Positions 9,039 through 16,506 of a DNA stretch of 45,882 nt are shown one piece after another. The stretch covers positions 1 through 45,882 of the forward strand of contig JAADEL010000030.1 in NCBI GenBank assembly GCA_013153395.1, written 5' to 3'. The DNA comes from Candidatus Micrarchaeota archaeon (lineage in GTDB: Archaea; Micrarchaeota; Micrarchaeia; Anstonellales; J096). The notes under the pieces were generated by a model that saw nothing but the letters and a program-made list of their open reading frames with translations, was not told the origin of the DNA and searched no databases. Position numbers and translations under genes: made by a program. How positions within the stretch are numbered: the stretch's first letter is position 1; every line of letters begins with the position of its first letter.

Positions 9039-9060
9039 GGAGTTGCGCTCAAAATAAACA

Positions 9061-9354
9061 ATGCGCAAACAGATCTTCCAACCTCCAACCCCACTGCCTA
9101 AGGTAAGCTGGGAGAGATTTCACGAGAGAAAACCCCGTTCTCCATCTCAGCAAAAAAGAGAGGAAAAGAAACTTCCTAGTCCGCCTCCTCTTTCTCGCGA
9201 GGAAAAGCTCCTGGTAGGAGGAATAGTAGGTGGAATAAACGCATTGGTAGTAGGAGGAGTGGCTGCCTTCATGATGGGACCTGTGGCCGCTTTAGGCGTA
9301 GGTTTGCTAGGAGGAGCAGCTACCGCCCTAATAACCTACTATTTAGTCCAATAA
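9061..9354 (+). CDS. Small membrane protein (97 aa) with a Pro/Lys/Arg-rich N-terminal half and a glycine-zipper two-TM C-terminal half. Paralog of 12001..12318.
   Basis: The W-E-R-x-x-E-R-x-P-R motif and the GP(V/A)A-containing Gly-rich TM hairpin are shared with the other copy. Confidence 0.7.
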   Translation: MRKQIFQPPTPLPKVSWERFHERKPRSPSQQKREEKKLPSPPPLSREEKLLVGGIVGGINALVVGGVAAFMMGPVAALGVGLLGGAATALITYYLVQ

Positions 9355-9360
9355 AAAATG

Positions 9361-9465
9361 TGCCGAGGGGGGGACTTGAACCCCCGACCTCCAGATCCCC
9401 CAGGCCAGACACCGGATTAGTCCTACTTATGAGTCTGGCGCTCTAGCCTCCTGAGCTACCTCGGC
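9361..9465 (-). tRNA. tRNA with anticodon CAT, elongator Met-like (Ile2 not excluded), carrying about 31 nt of intron sequence (9397..9427) at the canonical 37/38 position
   Basis: The reverse complement reads GCCGAGG-TA-GCTC-AGGAGGCTA-GAGC-G-CCAGA-CTCATA[31 nt]A-TCTGG-AGGTC-GGGGG-TTCAAGT-CCCCC-CCTCGGC-A. The G1:C72 pair and the weak anticodon stem argue against an initiator. Confidence 0.85.
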
Positions 9466-9489
9466 TTAGTTCTATATAAGAAGAAAAGG

Positions 9490-9497
9490 TTTTTAAT
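9490..9497. promoter_or_regulatory. Central TATA-like box (TTTTTAAT) between the tRNA-Met 5' end (9465) and the GTG start at 9518
   Basis: It lies 28.5 and 24.5 nt from the two divergent starts. Confidence 0.4.
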
Positions 9498-9517
9498 GAT
9501 TTCATTTAGGGTTAATT

Positions 9518-10120
9518 GTGAAGAAAATACAGGAGCTGATTGAAAGGCATCAACCTTTTTATCAAAAGGAGTTAAGAGCTCTTCTAGAACGAATGAAAGA
9601 AAACAAGAATGGTGCAATGTTAGAAGTGGCCCGTTTTCACATCTTCTTACTAGGGAATGTACCCAAGGAAGCAAGCATTACCCAGGCAATGCTCGAGGAA
9701 TATGACCTTATGCCCACCCTCCAAGTACTGGTGAAGAAAAGGGCAACGGTGGGCGAGTGGGCAAGGGCGCTCTATCTCTTAGACTATTTCAACAATCCTC
9801 ATAAGGCTCCTTCTCTCCATCTAGCCCCTGCCGAACGCTACACCTTGCTAAAGCTTCCAAAGAGATACATCAATGAGCACGAGATAAATGCCCTTTTGTA
9901 TCAGCATGTGAATGCTACTCTTGCTCTCGCTCATGTGGCCTTAGCTCCTATGTTTCCTGTATATGAGGCACCTTCTTTATTCTCTCTTATGCCCAAGCAG
10001 CCCGATGTTATAAAGGCGTTGTTTTTAGAGGAGGTAAAAAACTGGACCCATGAAACCGAAGAGGAGGTTCAAAAAATGGCTGTGATTTATGGAAGGGCAC
10101 AAAAAATAAAAAGAATCTAA
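9518..10120 (+). CDS. Hypothetical protein, predicted all-helical, no recognisable motif (GTG start)
   Basis: 200-aa ORF with composition like its neighbours. Its end overlaps the gdhA end by 4 nt, convergently. Confidence 0.6.
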   Translation: MKKIQELIERHQPFYQKELRALLERMKENKNGAMLEVARFHIFLLGNVPKEASITQAMLEEYDLMPTLQVLVKKRATVGEWARALYLLDYFNNPHKAPSLHLAPAERYTLLKLPKRYINEHEINALLYQHVNATLALAHVALAPMFPVYEAPSLFSLMPKQPDVIKALFLEEVKNWTHETEEEVQKMAVIYGRAQKIKRI

Positions 10121-11277
10121 CAACGTAGCTTCTCGGCCTTTTCTATTCTTTCTACCGCCTTTCTTAGGGCATTCTCCCTCATTTTCTTAGGATCTTGGGC
10201 ATAGAGCTCCTTAAACACCTTGAGCACGAGAGAGGCAAGCTTCTCCTTCATAGCCTCTTCGCTGTGGAAGTTTCCTGATAGGTTGTAGGTCCATTCCAGA
10301 TAGCTTCCAATAACACCTCCTGAGTTGGCCAAGATATCAGGAACAATGGTTCCTTTTACGAGGTCATCTGCATCCGGAGCTATAGGTCCATTAGCAAGCT
10401 CCACAATCCATCTTGCCTTTACGTCCTCGGCGTTCTTGGTGGTTATCTGGTTCTCTAGGGCTGCTGGCACCAAGATATCCACATCCAGAGTAAGCAACTC
10501 TTCATTGGAAATGTGCTGAGTGCCGGGATAATCGGCCAAGGTCTTATGCTCTTTCTTGTAATCCAGCACCTTCTGAGCATCCAGACCCTCAGGCTGGTAG
10601 ATAGCTCCTTTGCTATCTGAGATTGCCACTACCTTATACCCGGCTTCTTGGAGCAAGCGGGCAAGGTTTCCTCCTGCATTTCCTGCTCCCTGAATGGCCA
10701 CGGTGGGTGCTTTTCCCTCTATCTTCCTTATCTCCTCGATAATCACAAATCCACCATAAGAGGTAGAATACTGTCTCAAAGGAATGCCTCCTAGCTCTAT
10801 AGGTTTTCCGGTAAAGGTGGCAGGAGCATGGGTATTGGTTACCCTTTCATAGGCATCCAGCATCCAGGCCATTACCTGAGGATTGGTGTTAACATCAGGG
10901 GCGGGAATATCCTTCCAAGGGCCGAACATATCATGGAAGGCAACCGCATACTTCTTGGAGAGCTTTTTATATTGCTCGCGGGTAAGGGTTTTTGGGTCTA
11001 CCTTAAGACCACCTTTGGCTCCTCCGTAGGGAAGGCCCATCAAGGAGTTCTTGAGGCTCATGGTCATTGCTAGGAACTTTACCTCTTCTTCATTAACATC
11101 AGGGTGGAAGCGGATTCCTCCTTTGCTAGGCCCAAGGGCATCGTTGTGGATAATGCGATAGGCTTGATACTTCTGTCCGTCCATCTCTATAACTGCACTT
11201 CGGACTGTTTTCCAGTTCATCAAAAGCTGAGTATTGAGGCCCAGCTCCTCAAACCTCTTTCTAAACTTCTCTATCAT
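10117..11277 (-). CDS. gdhA: Glutamate dehydrogenase (compact, 386 aa)
   Basis: Catalytic KGGIRFHP, GLPYGGAKGG, DIPAPDVNTNPQVMAWM and the Rossmann motif IQGAGNAGG. Confidence 0.93.
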   Translation of the reverse strand: MIEKFRKRFEELGLNTQLLMNWKTVRSAVIEMDGQKYQAYRIIHNDALGPSKGGIRFHPDVNEEEVKFLAMTMSLKNSLMGLPYGGAKGGLKVDPKTLTREQYKKLSKKYAVAFHDMFGPWKDIPAPDVNTNPQVMAWMLDAYERVTNTHAPATFTGKPIELGGIPLRQYSTSYGGFVIIEEIRKIEGKAPTVAIQGAGNAGGNLARLLQEAGYKVVAISDSKGAIYQPEGLDAQKVLDYKKEHKTLADYPGTQHISNEELLTLDVDILVPAALENQITTKNAEDVKARWIVELANGPIAPDADDLVKGTIVPDILANSGGVIGSYLEWTYNLSGNFHSEEAMKEKLASLVLKVFKELYAQDPKKMRENALRKAVERIEKAEKLRC

Positions 11278-11300
11278 GCCATGTTTTAATCCCTAAAGGC

Positions 11301-11308
11301 TTTTTAAA
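11301..11308 (-). promoter_or_regulatory. TATA-like box about 27 nt upstream of the gdhA ATG
   Basis: TTTTTAAA, with spacing consistent with a leaderless mRNA. Confidence 0.4.
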
Positions 11309-11309
11309 T

Positions 11310-11963
11310 CTAATAGTAGCCCCAATCTGACAATTCCTCCTTTAAACTACCCAAAGGTGGAAGGGATACAAAAGAGAATTTTTCAACAGGTACTAAGTAA
11401 GGACCTTCTCCTGGCACAATACCCTTAAGCTCTTTCGCTACTTTTTCTTTACCTTGAATTAGGTTGCGATACTCTTGCAGTATGGAGAGAGGATTATCAG
11501 GAGTAAACATAGATCCTAAAATAATACTCCTTATTGGATGGCAACATCCATAAACACTCAAGATAGAGAACCATTCTTTTCCATCATGCCCATGAGGAAC
11601 GTAAAATCTAACTCTCTGCAGATCCTTTAACATACCTTCTTCTGCTGAAAAGATAGGTATTTGATTTTTTACACTCATCTGATAAGCTTGATAAGCATGC
11701 ATCAAGTTATACACCACCGTCTCCATGGTTACGGCGGTAGGATGTAAAACTACAGTATGAGTAGTAGGATCATATTGGCTACGACCTAATATAGTGGAGA
11801 ATTTTTTTCCTTGGAATTCCTTATCTATTTTCCAGGAGAGTGTGGAAAGAAGATCCTGCAAAGTAGGATTCTTGATATTTTTTTCCAATTTATGAATAAA
11901 ATGTTTTAGCTTTTTGGTTGCTTCTTCTATTTGAACGTCCGTTACAACCTTCCTTTTCCTCAT
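11310..11963 (-). CDS. Hypothetical protein (217 aa)
   Basis: Clean ORF with a TATA-like box (11986-11994) 27 nt upstream. I recognise no motif. Confidence 0.62.
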   Translation of the reverse strand: MRKRKVVTDVQIEEATKKLKHFIHKLEKNIKNPTLQDLLSTLSWKIDKEFQGKKFSTILGRSQYDPTTHTVVLHPTAVTMETVVYNLMHAYQAYQMSVKNQIPIFSAEEGMLKDLQRVRFYVPHGHDGKEWFSILSVYGCCHPIRSIILGSMFTPDNPLSILQEYRNLIQGKEKVAKELKGIVPGEGPYLVPVEKFSFVSLPPLGSLKEELSDWGYY

Positions 11964-12000
11964 AATCTACTATATGTGGGAAAAAGTATAAAAATGTGTA

Positions 12001-12318
12001 TTATTGCGAGAAAAAGTGCTCGTCAATCTTCATCTTTGTTAAAAGGCCTACTCCACCTCCGATCACCAGGGCAGGAACGATGGCGGCTGGGCCTAGGGCA
12101 ATAAGGAGACCGGCTGCAACCGCTAAGCCGCTGGCATAAGGAGCTGCCTTAGCCCAAGTAGGAAGAGAGGGTGCCTCTTTCTCCACGAAAGGAGCGGATT
12201 TAACAGGAGGATGCTCTATCTTTCTTGGGACCCTTTCCTTCATCCTATCCCAATGGGGACGGGGACCTATGATATCTATCTCCTTCCTCACCCGCTTCTG
12301 CATAGTGGATATAAACAA
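12001..12318 (-). CDS. Small glycine-zipper membrane protein, paralog of 9061..9354. The likely true start is the ATG at 12303 (MQKRVRK...).
   Basis: HWDRMKERVPRK aligns with SWERFHERKPRS in the paralog. It has a Gly/Ala-rich TM hairpin. The TATA-like box at 12327-12334 sits 27 nt from 12303. Confidence 0.68.
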   Translation of the reverse strand: MFISTMQKRVRKEIDIIGPRPHWDRMKERVPRKIEHPPVKSAPFVEKEAPSLPTWAKAAPYASGLAVAAGLLIALGPAAIVPALVIGGGVGLLTKMKIDEHFFSQ

Positions 12319-12326
12319 GTAAGGAA

Positions 12327-12334
12327 TTTAAAAA
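12327..12334. promoter_or_regulatory. Central TATA-like box (TTTAAAAA) between the small-protein start (12303) and the tRNA-Val 5' end (12360)
   Basis: It lies 27.5 and 29.5 nt from the two divergent starts. Confidence 0.4.
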
Positions 12335-12359
12335 GTTTCTCTCACATAAAGGATAGGAA

Positions 12360-12432
12360 GGGCCCGTGGTCGAAGGGCTAAGACGCCACCTTGACACGGT
12401 GGAGATTCCAGGTTCGAGTCCTGGCGGGCCCA
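12360..12432 (+). tRNA. tRNA-Val (anticodon GAC)
   Basis: GGGCCCG-TG-GTC..GAC-G-CCACC-TTGACAC-GGTGG-AGATT-CCAGG-TTCGAGT-CCTGG-CGGGCCC-A, followed by a T5 run. Confidence 0.93.
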
Positions 12433-12461
12433 TTTTTAAACATATTCTCTCCCATACTACC

Positions 12462-12875
12462 ATGCTCCTAACCAAACGCAACCATGAGCTTTATAACACC
12501 CTTGTTGAGCTTAGGGCAAGTGTTTGGGAAAAAACCAAGACCAACTATCCTATATATAGGCTTTCTGAGCTTATCACCTACTTCCGCCAACCTTTCTCGG
12601 TAGATCCTGAACATCATTTTTTCCTCAACCATGTTTTAAGCAACATGAGCCCAGGCGAGAAGGAGCGGTGGAGGAACATCTTTGCTCGCTTTAATGAGGC
12701 TGAAATAGAGTTGATGAAAAGTGTGCTAGAATCTTTGGGAGGGGGAATAAACGAAAGGCCCTATGTACGTTACAGGGGTTTTGGAGCTGAGACAACAGCA
12801 GCTAGCCTTTTGAGGTACGCCTTGACTTCGGATGATCCTTTCCCCATCTCACAATCAAAGCATGATACTCTTTGA
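12462..12875 (+). CDS. Hypothetical protein (137 aa from the first ATG after the tRNA)
   Basis: The ORF-track start at 12366 lies inside the tRNA. The ATG at 12462 sits 24 nt downstream of a TTTTTAAAC box. The last 74 nt overlap the convergent glycosylase gene, so its coding status is uncertain. Confidence 0.45.
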   Translation: MLLTKRNHELYNTLVELRASVWEKTKTNYPIYRLSELITYFRQPFSVDPEHHFFLNHVLSNMSPGEKERWRNIFARFNEAEIELMKSVLESLGGGINERPYVRYRGFGAETTAASLLRYALTSDDPFPISQSKHDTL

Positions 12876-13395
12876 AGATATCCACATCTCGCGGTAGGTT
12901 CCTTTCAAAGAACTCCCTATATTCATCGTAGTCTTTTCCTTCAAACAGCCCAAAGTGCTTGCAAAACCTCCTTGTATAAGCATCAATCACAAATATAGGC
13001 TTATGAAAGGCATAAAGCACGATGGAGTCGGCAGTCTCCTTTCCTATGCCTTTTACCCGGAGAAAATGCTCTCTTAGCTTCCTCCTGTCCCAATCAGGAT
13101 TGGCCTCCAAAAAGGCCTTTGTCATCAGCTTCAGTCTCTCTGCCTTTTGATTGTAATATCCCGAGGGCCTTATCAGCTCCTTTATCTTTTCCAAGGGTGC
13201 CTCCAGCATTGCTTTAGGCGTTAGGAGGTTTGCTTTCTTGAGATTGGCTATGGCCTTTTCCACATTCTTCCAGTTGGTGTTTTGGGTTAAAATGGCACCT
13301 ACCGCCATCTCATAAGGACTATCGGCTGGCCACCAGCCTTGAGGCCCATATCTCTCTAAGAGCGTTTTATATAGCTCATAAACCTTTTTCTCCAT
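12802..13395 (-). CDS. HhH-GPD superfamily DNA glycosylase (EndoIII-related, no Fe-S cluster motif)
   Basis: WWP..., AILTQNTNW, helix-hairpin-helix LRVKGIGKETAD, and a catalytic-region VIDAYTRR. Confidence 0.8.
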   Translation of the reverse strand: MEKKVYELYKTLLERYGPQGWWPADSPYEMAVGAILTQNTNWKNVEKAIANLKKANLLTPKAMLEAPLEKIKELIRPSGYYNQKAERLKLMTKAFLEANPDWDRRKLREHFLRVKGIGKETADSIVLYAFHKPIFVIDAYTRRFCKHFGLFEGKDYDEYREFFERNLPRDVDIFKEYHALIVRWGKDHPKSRRTSKG

Positions 13396-14012
13396 CCCTT
13401 TACCACCCTAATAGCCCGGTAAATGGTTTTGGTAGAGCGATGAGGATAAGCAGTATAAAACCTTGCTTTTTCTAATGCCTTCAAGAACTCCTTAGGACTC
13501 TCCAAATCAAAATCAGGGAGCTCTATTCTTGTGAGGCCGAGCTCATTGAAGAAATGGGCATCGGTGCCTACTGCCTTCAAGGCATCCTTAAAAAGCTCCT
13601 GCGTTCTCTGGTTGATTTCAGGAGGGGTTTTTGCGTTAAAGATCTCCACCACATCCGCCTTCCTTGCCCACTCTTCACCCATCGCAAACCTTTCAAAATC
13701 CAGGGGGTGAGGCGCATACACAATCCCGCCTTGCTCCCTTATCCTATCGAAAACCTCGCCTATCTCCAGGCCCTTGGGAATCTCCTCCTCCAAAAACCAG
13801 CCTATCACATCCACCTTTCTTCCTCCATCCAATGCCAGTATCTCCTCTCCCTTTATAAGGAGAATATCTTTGAGCAAAGGAATAGCTCTCATGGTGTTAT
13901 GGTCCGAGATTCCCAAAACAAGGTTGTGCTTGCGGGCATGTCTCTTGAGCAAAGGTAAAGGATTAAAATATCCATCAGAGGCAGGAGTATGGATATGGAG
14001 CTCTATCTTCAT
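13356..14012 (-). CDS. PHP-domain metal-dependent phosphoesterase
   Basis: ELHIHTPASDG and GISDHN motifs, with later His/Asp ligands (YAPHP, GTDAH). Confidence 0.82.
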   Translation of the reverse strand: MKIELHIHTPASDGYFNPLPLLKRHARKHNLVLGISDHNTMRAIPLLKDILLIKGEEILALDGGRKVDVIGWFLEEEIPKGLEIGEVFDRIREQGGIVYAPHPLDFERFAMGEEWARKADVVEIFNAKTPPEINQRTQELFKDALKAVGTDAHFFNELGLTRIELPDFDLESPKEFLKALEKARFYTAYPHRSTKTIYRAIRVVKGWRKRFMSYIKRS

Positions 14013-14863
14013 TTTACCTCTAGCTTTAGGCCATCATGGGCGAGGATTACCTCTCCTTGAAAGTATCTTTTGGCCTCTTGGATAAGCTCTTCTTCAGGCA
14101 CCTTATCATACCGAGAGCTTATATGGGTGAGCACCAGGGTTTTTACCCCTGCTTTTTGGGCAATACGGGCAGCATCCGCTATGGTGGAGTGTTTTTTCTG
14201 AATGGCATCTTGTTGGTCGGCTTCCCGAAAGGTAGCCTCATGGATGAGTAAATCTGCTCCCTTTATCTCTTCCACAATGGCCTCATAATACATTGTATCT
14301 CCAGTATATGCCACCTTGAGACCGGGCTTAAGATAGCTTACCTCATCTATGGAAACCTCTTTTCCTCCCACTACCGCATACCCATAGCGTTTAAAGGAGA
14401 TAAAATGCCGGGGCTCCAAGCCCTTTATTTTCTCAGGAATAAACTTCCGGCGGGGAGCTTGCTCAAACACAAACCCATAACTCCCTCCAATATGCTTTAC
14501 CCTAAAGGCCCTTATCTCAAAATCCTCACCTTGATAAACCTTGCCCGACCTAATCTGCTTTACCGGAATATCGTTTATCAGAGGGAAGCCTTTGGGAGCA
14601 TAGACCTGGGGCATCTCAGGCAGATTCTGCATCTTCAGGGTCTCCCACAGCCCATAGAGACCCAGAAAATGGTCTAGATGCAAATGAGATATAAATATAC
14701 CATCAATCCCAAATCCCAGCTTATGCTTTAGGAGCTGCCTCTGGGCACACTCTCCCACGTCCCAGAGAAAAAGCTGACCTTTATATCTTAAGGCAATGGC
14801 AGGCAGGCCCCTTTTGAGGGTGGGCGCTCCCGCCGAGGTTCCTAAGAAAAAAACCTCAATCAT
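14009..14863 (-). CDS. rnz: Ribonuclease Z (tRNA 3' endonuclease, metallo-beta-lactamase fold)
   Basis: FLGTSAGAP N-terminus, the HLHLDH motif and a C-terminal THIS...Y block. Confidence 0.88.
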   Translation of the reverse strand: MIEVFFLGTSAGAPTLKRGLPAIALRYKGQLFLWDVGECAQRQLLKHKLGFGIDGIFISHLHLDHFLGLYGLWETLKMQNLPEMPQVYAPKGFPLINDIPVKQIRSGKVYQGEDFEIRAFRVKHIGGSYGFVFEQAPRRKFIPEKIKGLEPRHFISFKRYGYAVVGGKEVSIDEVSYLKPGLKVAYTGDTMYYEAIVEEIKGADLLIHEATFREADQQDAIQKKHSTIADAARIAQKAGVKTLVLTHISSRYDKVPEEELIQEAKRYFQGEVILAHDGLKLEVK

Positions 14864-15993
14864 GAAATGGCCACTATCTTCACATGCTTAGGTAGTTGAG
14901 GAATAGCCCCAATCTTGTTCACTCCTATAACCTTGGCCTGCTTCTGGAGCAAGAGGCTGAGCAACCTTGGCGTCAATATCACATCTCCGTAGAACTCCTC
15001 GATGTTGTCTATCTTCTCAAGCTCCTTTAACACATAGCGGGAGGCAATCTCCTTTGTTCCCTTCTTGGTTATGATTTTGGTGGTGTTGGTTCCTACCATC
15101 TCCTGGACCTTTTGCTTGATCTCTTCATCGGAGATCTGAGGGGCCTTTTCCTCCTGAGTTTGCTGCTCTTCTGGTGGATGGAACTCCACCTTATTCCGTA
15201 AGGCCTTGATGATTTCCTTTCGTGTGAGCTCTTCTACCTCTTTTCCTTCAGGCGCCTTGGCTATGTAGTCAATCTCCACCCCTGCGCTTATCAAGTTCTT
15301 TAGAATCATGGAGGCACCGCTATCTCCGTCCAAGAACACAGTCACTGTTTTCTTTTTGCTTAGCTCCACTATGGAGGCAGGCACCTTGTTAGCCCCTCCA
15401 ATAGACACCACGTTATAGATATCGGCCTTTACTAGGTTGATTACATCGGCTCTACCCTCTACCAAGATAATCTCATCATAGGTATCAAAGCCTTTTACTG
15501 CCGGCAATCTCTCAGGTCCGTATTCGATGATTTGGTCCTCTGCAGCCAATGAGATAAGCTCCGCTAGCAGCTCCTTTGTATCAGGAAGCTCTGTATTGAT
15601 GAGCTGGCGATAGTACTGCTTGGCCTTTTCCACTATCTTTATGCGCTTCTCTTTTCGGGTATCCTCGATGCGGTCTATGTTGACTTTGGCAGCATAAGGT
15701 CCTACTCGCTCCACTGCCTCGATAGATGCGGCAATCAAAGCAGTCTCGATAGCGTTCAATCCTGAAGGGATCTTTATGCTCCCAAAGGTGCGGTTGCCCT
15801 TTACGTTGGCAACCACCTCTATCCTTCCTAGCTTACCGTTGTTTACCAAGGTTCTTATGTCAAGCTCAGGTCCTAGAAGACCTTCGGTCTGTCCGAAGAT
15901 TGCACCCACGATGTCATTCTGCGTAACCTGTCCTCCTACCTCTATATGTGCATATACAATATACTTGGTTGAATCAAGATAGGTCTTTGCCAT
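14860..15993 (-). CDS. dnaG: Archaeal DnaG-like Toprim protein (primase homolog, exosome-associated)
   Basis: The N-terminal domain GAIFGQTEGLLG is typical of archaeal DnaG. Toprim motifs are present (ILVEGRADV, DGDSGA). GAGGTGA Shine-Dalgarno sequence upstream. Confidence 0.88.
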   Translation of the reverse strand: MAKTYLDSTKYIVYAHIEVGGQVTQNDIVGAIFGQTEGLLGPELDIRTLVNNGKLGRIEVVANVKGNRTFGSIKIPSGLNAIETALIAASIEAVERVGPYAAKVNIDRIEDTRKEKRIKIVEKAKQYYRQLINTELPDTKELLAELISLAAEDQIIEYGPERLPAVKGFDTYDEIILVEGRADVINLVKADIYNVVSIGGANKVPASIVELSKKKTVTVFLDGDSGASMILKNLISAGVEIDYIAKAPEGKEVEELTRKEIIKALRNKVEFHPPEEQQTQEEKAPQISDEEIKQKVQEMVGTNTTKIITKKGTKEIASRYVLKELEKIDNIEEFYGDVILTPRLLSLLLQKQAKVIGVNKIGAIPQLPKHVKIVAIS

Positions 15994-16006
15994 TTTCTCA
16001 CCTCAT

Positions 16007-16070
16007 AAAAAGGGCCGAGTAGTGTTGACCGAGTCCTTCACCCACATCCGGCCGGCCATCCCTACTCGGC
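16007..16070 (-). terminator. Hairpin (GCCGAGTAG / CTACTCGGC, 9 bp, 39-nt loop) followed by T5, downstream of the CBS gene
   Basis: Stem arms lie at 16062-16070 and 16014-16022, with the T-run at 16007-16011 (minus-strand sense). The stem includes the CBS stop codon. Confidence 0.4.
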
Positions 16071-16487
16071 TTCCAGTTTTGCCTTTTCTTCCACCAACTC
16101 AATGATAGATGGAAGGATGTTGAGTATGTCGTTTTTGGTAATGATCCCTGCCAGGTAGCCCTCTTTGGTAATCACTACCATCCTATCTACCTTATGCCTG
16201 GTCATAGCCTTGAGAGCCTCTTCTAACTCCGTCTCTGGGAATACCACAATCAAAGGAGCGCTCATCACCTCCTTCAAAGCTAAGGTATAGGGCTTTCCCT
16301 CTGCTACCACTCTTCTTACGATGTCTCCCTCTGTAATTATGCCCTTTGCCTCTTTTCCCTCAATCACTACCACTGACCCTATCTTTTTATCTCTCATAAG
16401 CTGAGCGGCTGCCTGGACAGTATCATCCACATTCAAGGTGTAAACATGCTTTTTTGCCAAATCACCTACAGTTAAACCGGTTGACAT
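16062..16487 (-). CDS. CBS-domain pair protein
   Basis: Two CBS repeats (GSVVVIEG...GIITEGDI and DRMVVITKEG...GIITKNDI). Confidence 0.88.
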   Translation of the reverse strand: MSTGLTVGDLAKKHVYTLNVDDTVQAAAQLMRDKKIGSVVVIEGKEAKGIITEGDIVRRVVAEGKPYTLALKEVMSAPLIVVFPETELEEALKAMTRHKVDRMVVITKEGYLAGIITKNDILNILPSIIELVEEKAKLEAE

Positions 16488-16506
16488 GTTTTTATATAGG
16501 GGTTTG

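Noticed and set aside
9361-12432. The tRNA-Met to tRNA-Val interval as an integrated virus or plasmid
   Set aside because: There is no integrase, no partial tRNA duplication (att-like direct repeat) that I could find, no replication or capsid-like genes, and a housekeeping gdhA in the middle. The idea is kept only as an orphan-gene patch.
12245-12481. ORF 12245..12481 (-), the 12366 start of the plus-strand ORF, and ORFs 33118..33315 (-) and 33266..33775 (+)
   Set aside because: All of them read through tRNA-Val genes, giving PGLEPG or GSSPGGP-type translations of the T-arm. 33266..33775 is also antisense to the DUF92 gene.
16488-16500. TTTTTATATA directly upstream of the CBS start as its TATA box
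   Set aside because: It is only about 6 nt from the ATG. The box at 16509-16518, which overlaps the pheT stop, has the correct spacing of about 26 nt.
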